From: Amoebidium appalachense
Taxonomy: Eukaryota; Protista; Ichthyosporea
DNA: 64,000 nucleotides
Assembly: GCA_963693365.1 (NCBI GenBank)
Contig: CAVNZM010000004.1
Coordinates: 4,776,564 to 4,840,563, forward strand
Direction of reading: 5' to 3'
Below the pieces are notes generated by a model, which saw only the letters and a program-made list of their open reading frames with translations, did not search any database and was not told the DNA's origin. This document shows positions 63,413 through 64,000 of the stretch, in pieces. The stretch's first letter is position 1, and each line of letters begins with the position of its first letter. The translations under genes and the position numbers were made by a program.

Positions 63413-63577
63413 TTAGTGCACGATCGCACATTGGGGGGGGGCGGGGGGAGGAGGGGAGGAAGGGGGAGGGGAGGGATGAGGGGGTGAGAGGGTAGGGGGA
63501 TGGGAAGGGAGGGCAAGGGAGTAGGGGGTGGTGGTAATGGTGCGGCGAAGGCGTAGGTGGGTGGGATGGGTGGGGGC

Positions 63578-63660
<83 letters not shown>

Positions 63661-63689
63661 TGTGTCTGTCTGTCTGTGTGTGTGTGTGA

Positions 63690-63751
<62 letters not shown>

Positions 63752-64000
63752 TTTTGGGGGGGATGCGTGTGGCTGGGGGGGGGGGGGGGGGGGGGGGGGG
63801 GTGCATGTGCATGTGTGGGTGTGTGTTTGTGTGCATGTGTGTGTTTTGGGGGGTGACGTATGGGAGGAAGATTGAGGTGGAAGAGGAGCGAGGGGATTGG
63901 AGGAGAAGAGAAAGATGGACGGGGGGGGGGGGGGGGGGGGGGGGTGGTAAAGCAGGGTTAGAATGTGGAGGCGTAGGGACCATCGTAAATTTCCAGTTAG

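Overview
Intron-rich eukaryotic genomic DNA. The gene content suggests an opisthokont, probably a holozoan, but that is inference only. Almost all ORFs in the supplied track are artefacts of poly-C/poly-G and (CA)n/(TG)n tracts. Splicing by hand with phase checks gives six protein genes and one tRNA: the 3' end of a Gfo/Idh/MocA (GFOD-like) oxidoreductase (+), tRNA-Pro(CGG) (-), an intronless SLC25 mitochondrial carrier (+), a 14-exon CDP-diacylglycerol synthase (+), a 16-exon ATG9 (-), a 7-exon mostly disordered protein with Vestigial/TONDU-like and omega-loop-like TEAD-binding motifs (-), and the 3' part of a gene joining a PTEN-type C2 domain, two MIU-like helices and a RING-H2 finger (-). 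The most notable observations are: the Vestigial-like gene; two AT-AC minor-spliceosome introns in ATG9; a ~100-130 bp intronic element family next to C-tracts, always in the sense orientation of its host gene; an intron pattern of C-tracts just after donors and (CA)n in place of the polypyrimidine tract; and the C2-MIU-RING fusion. No database searches were run; family calls rest on recalled motifs.
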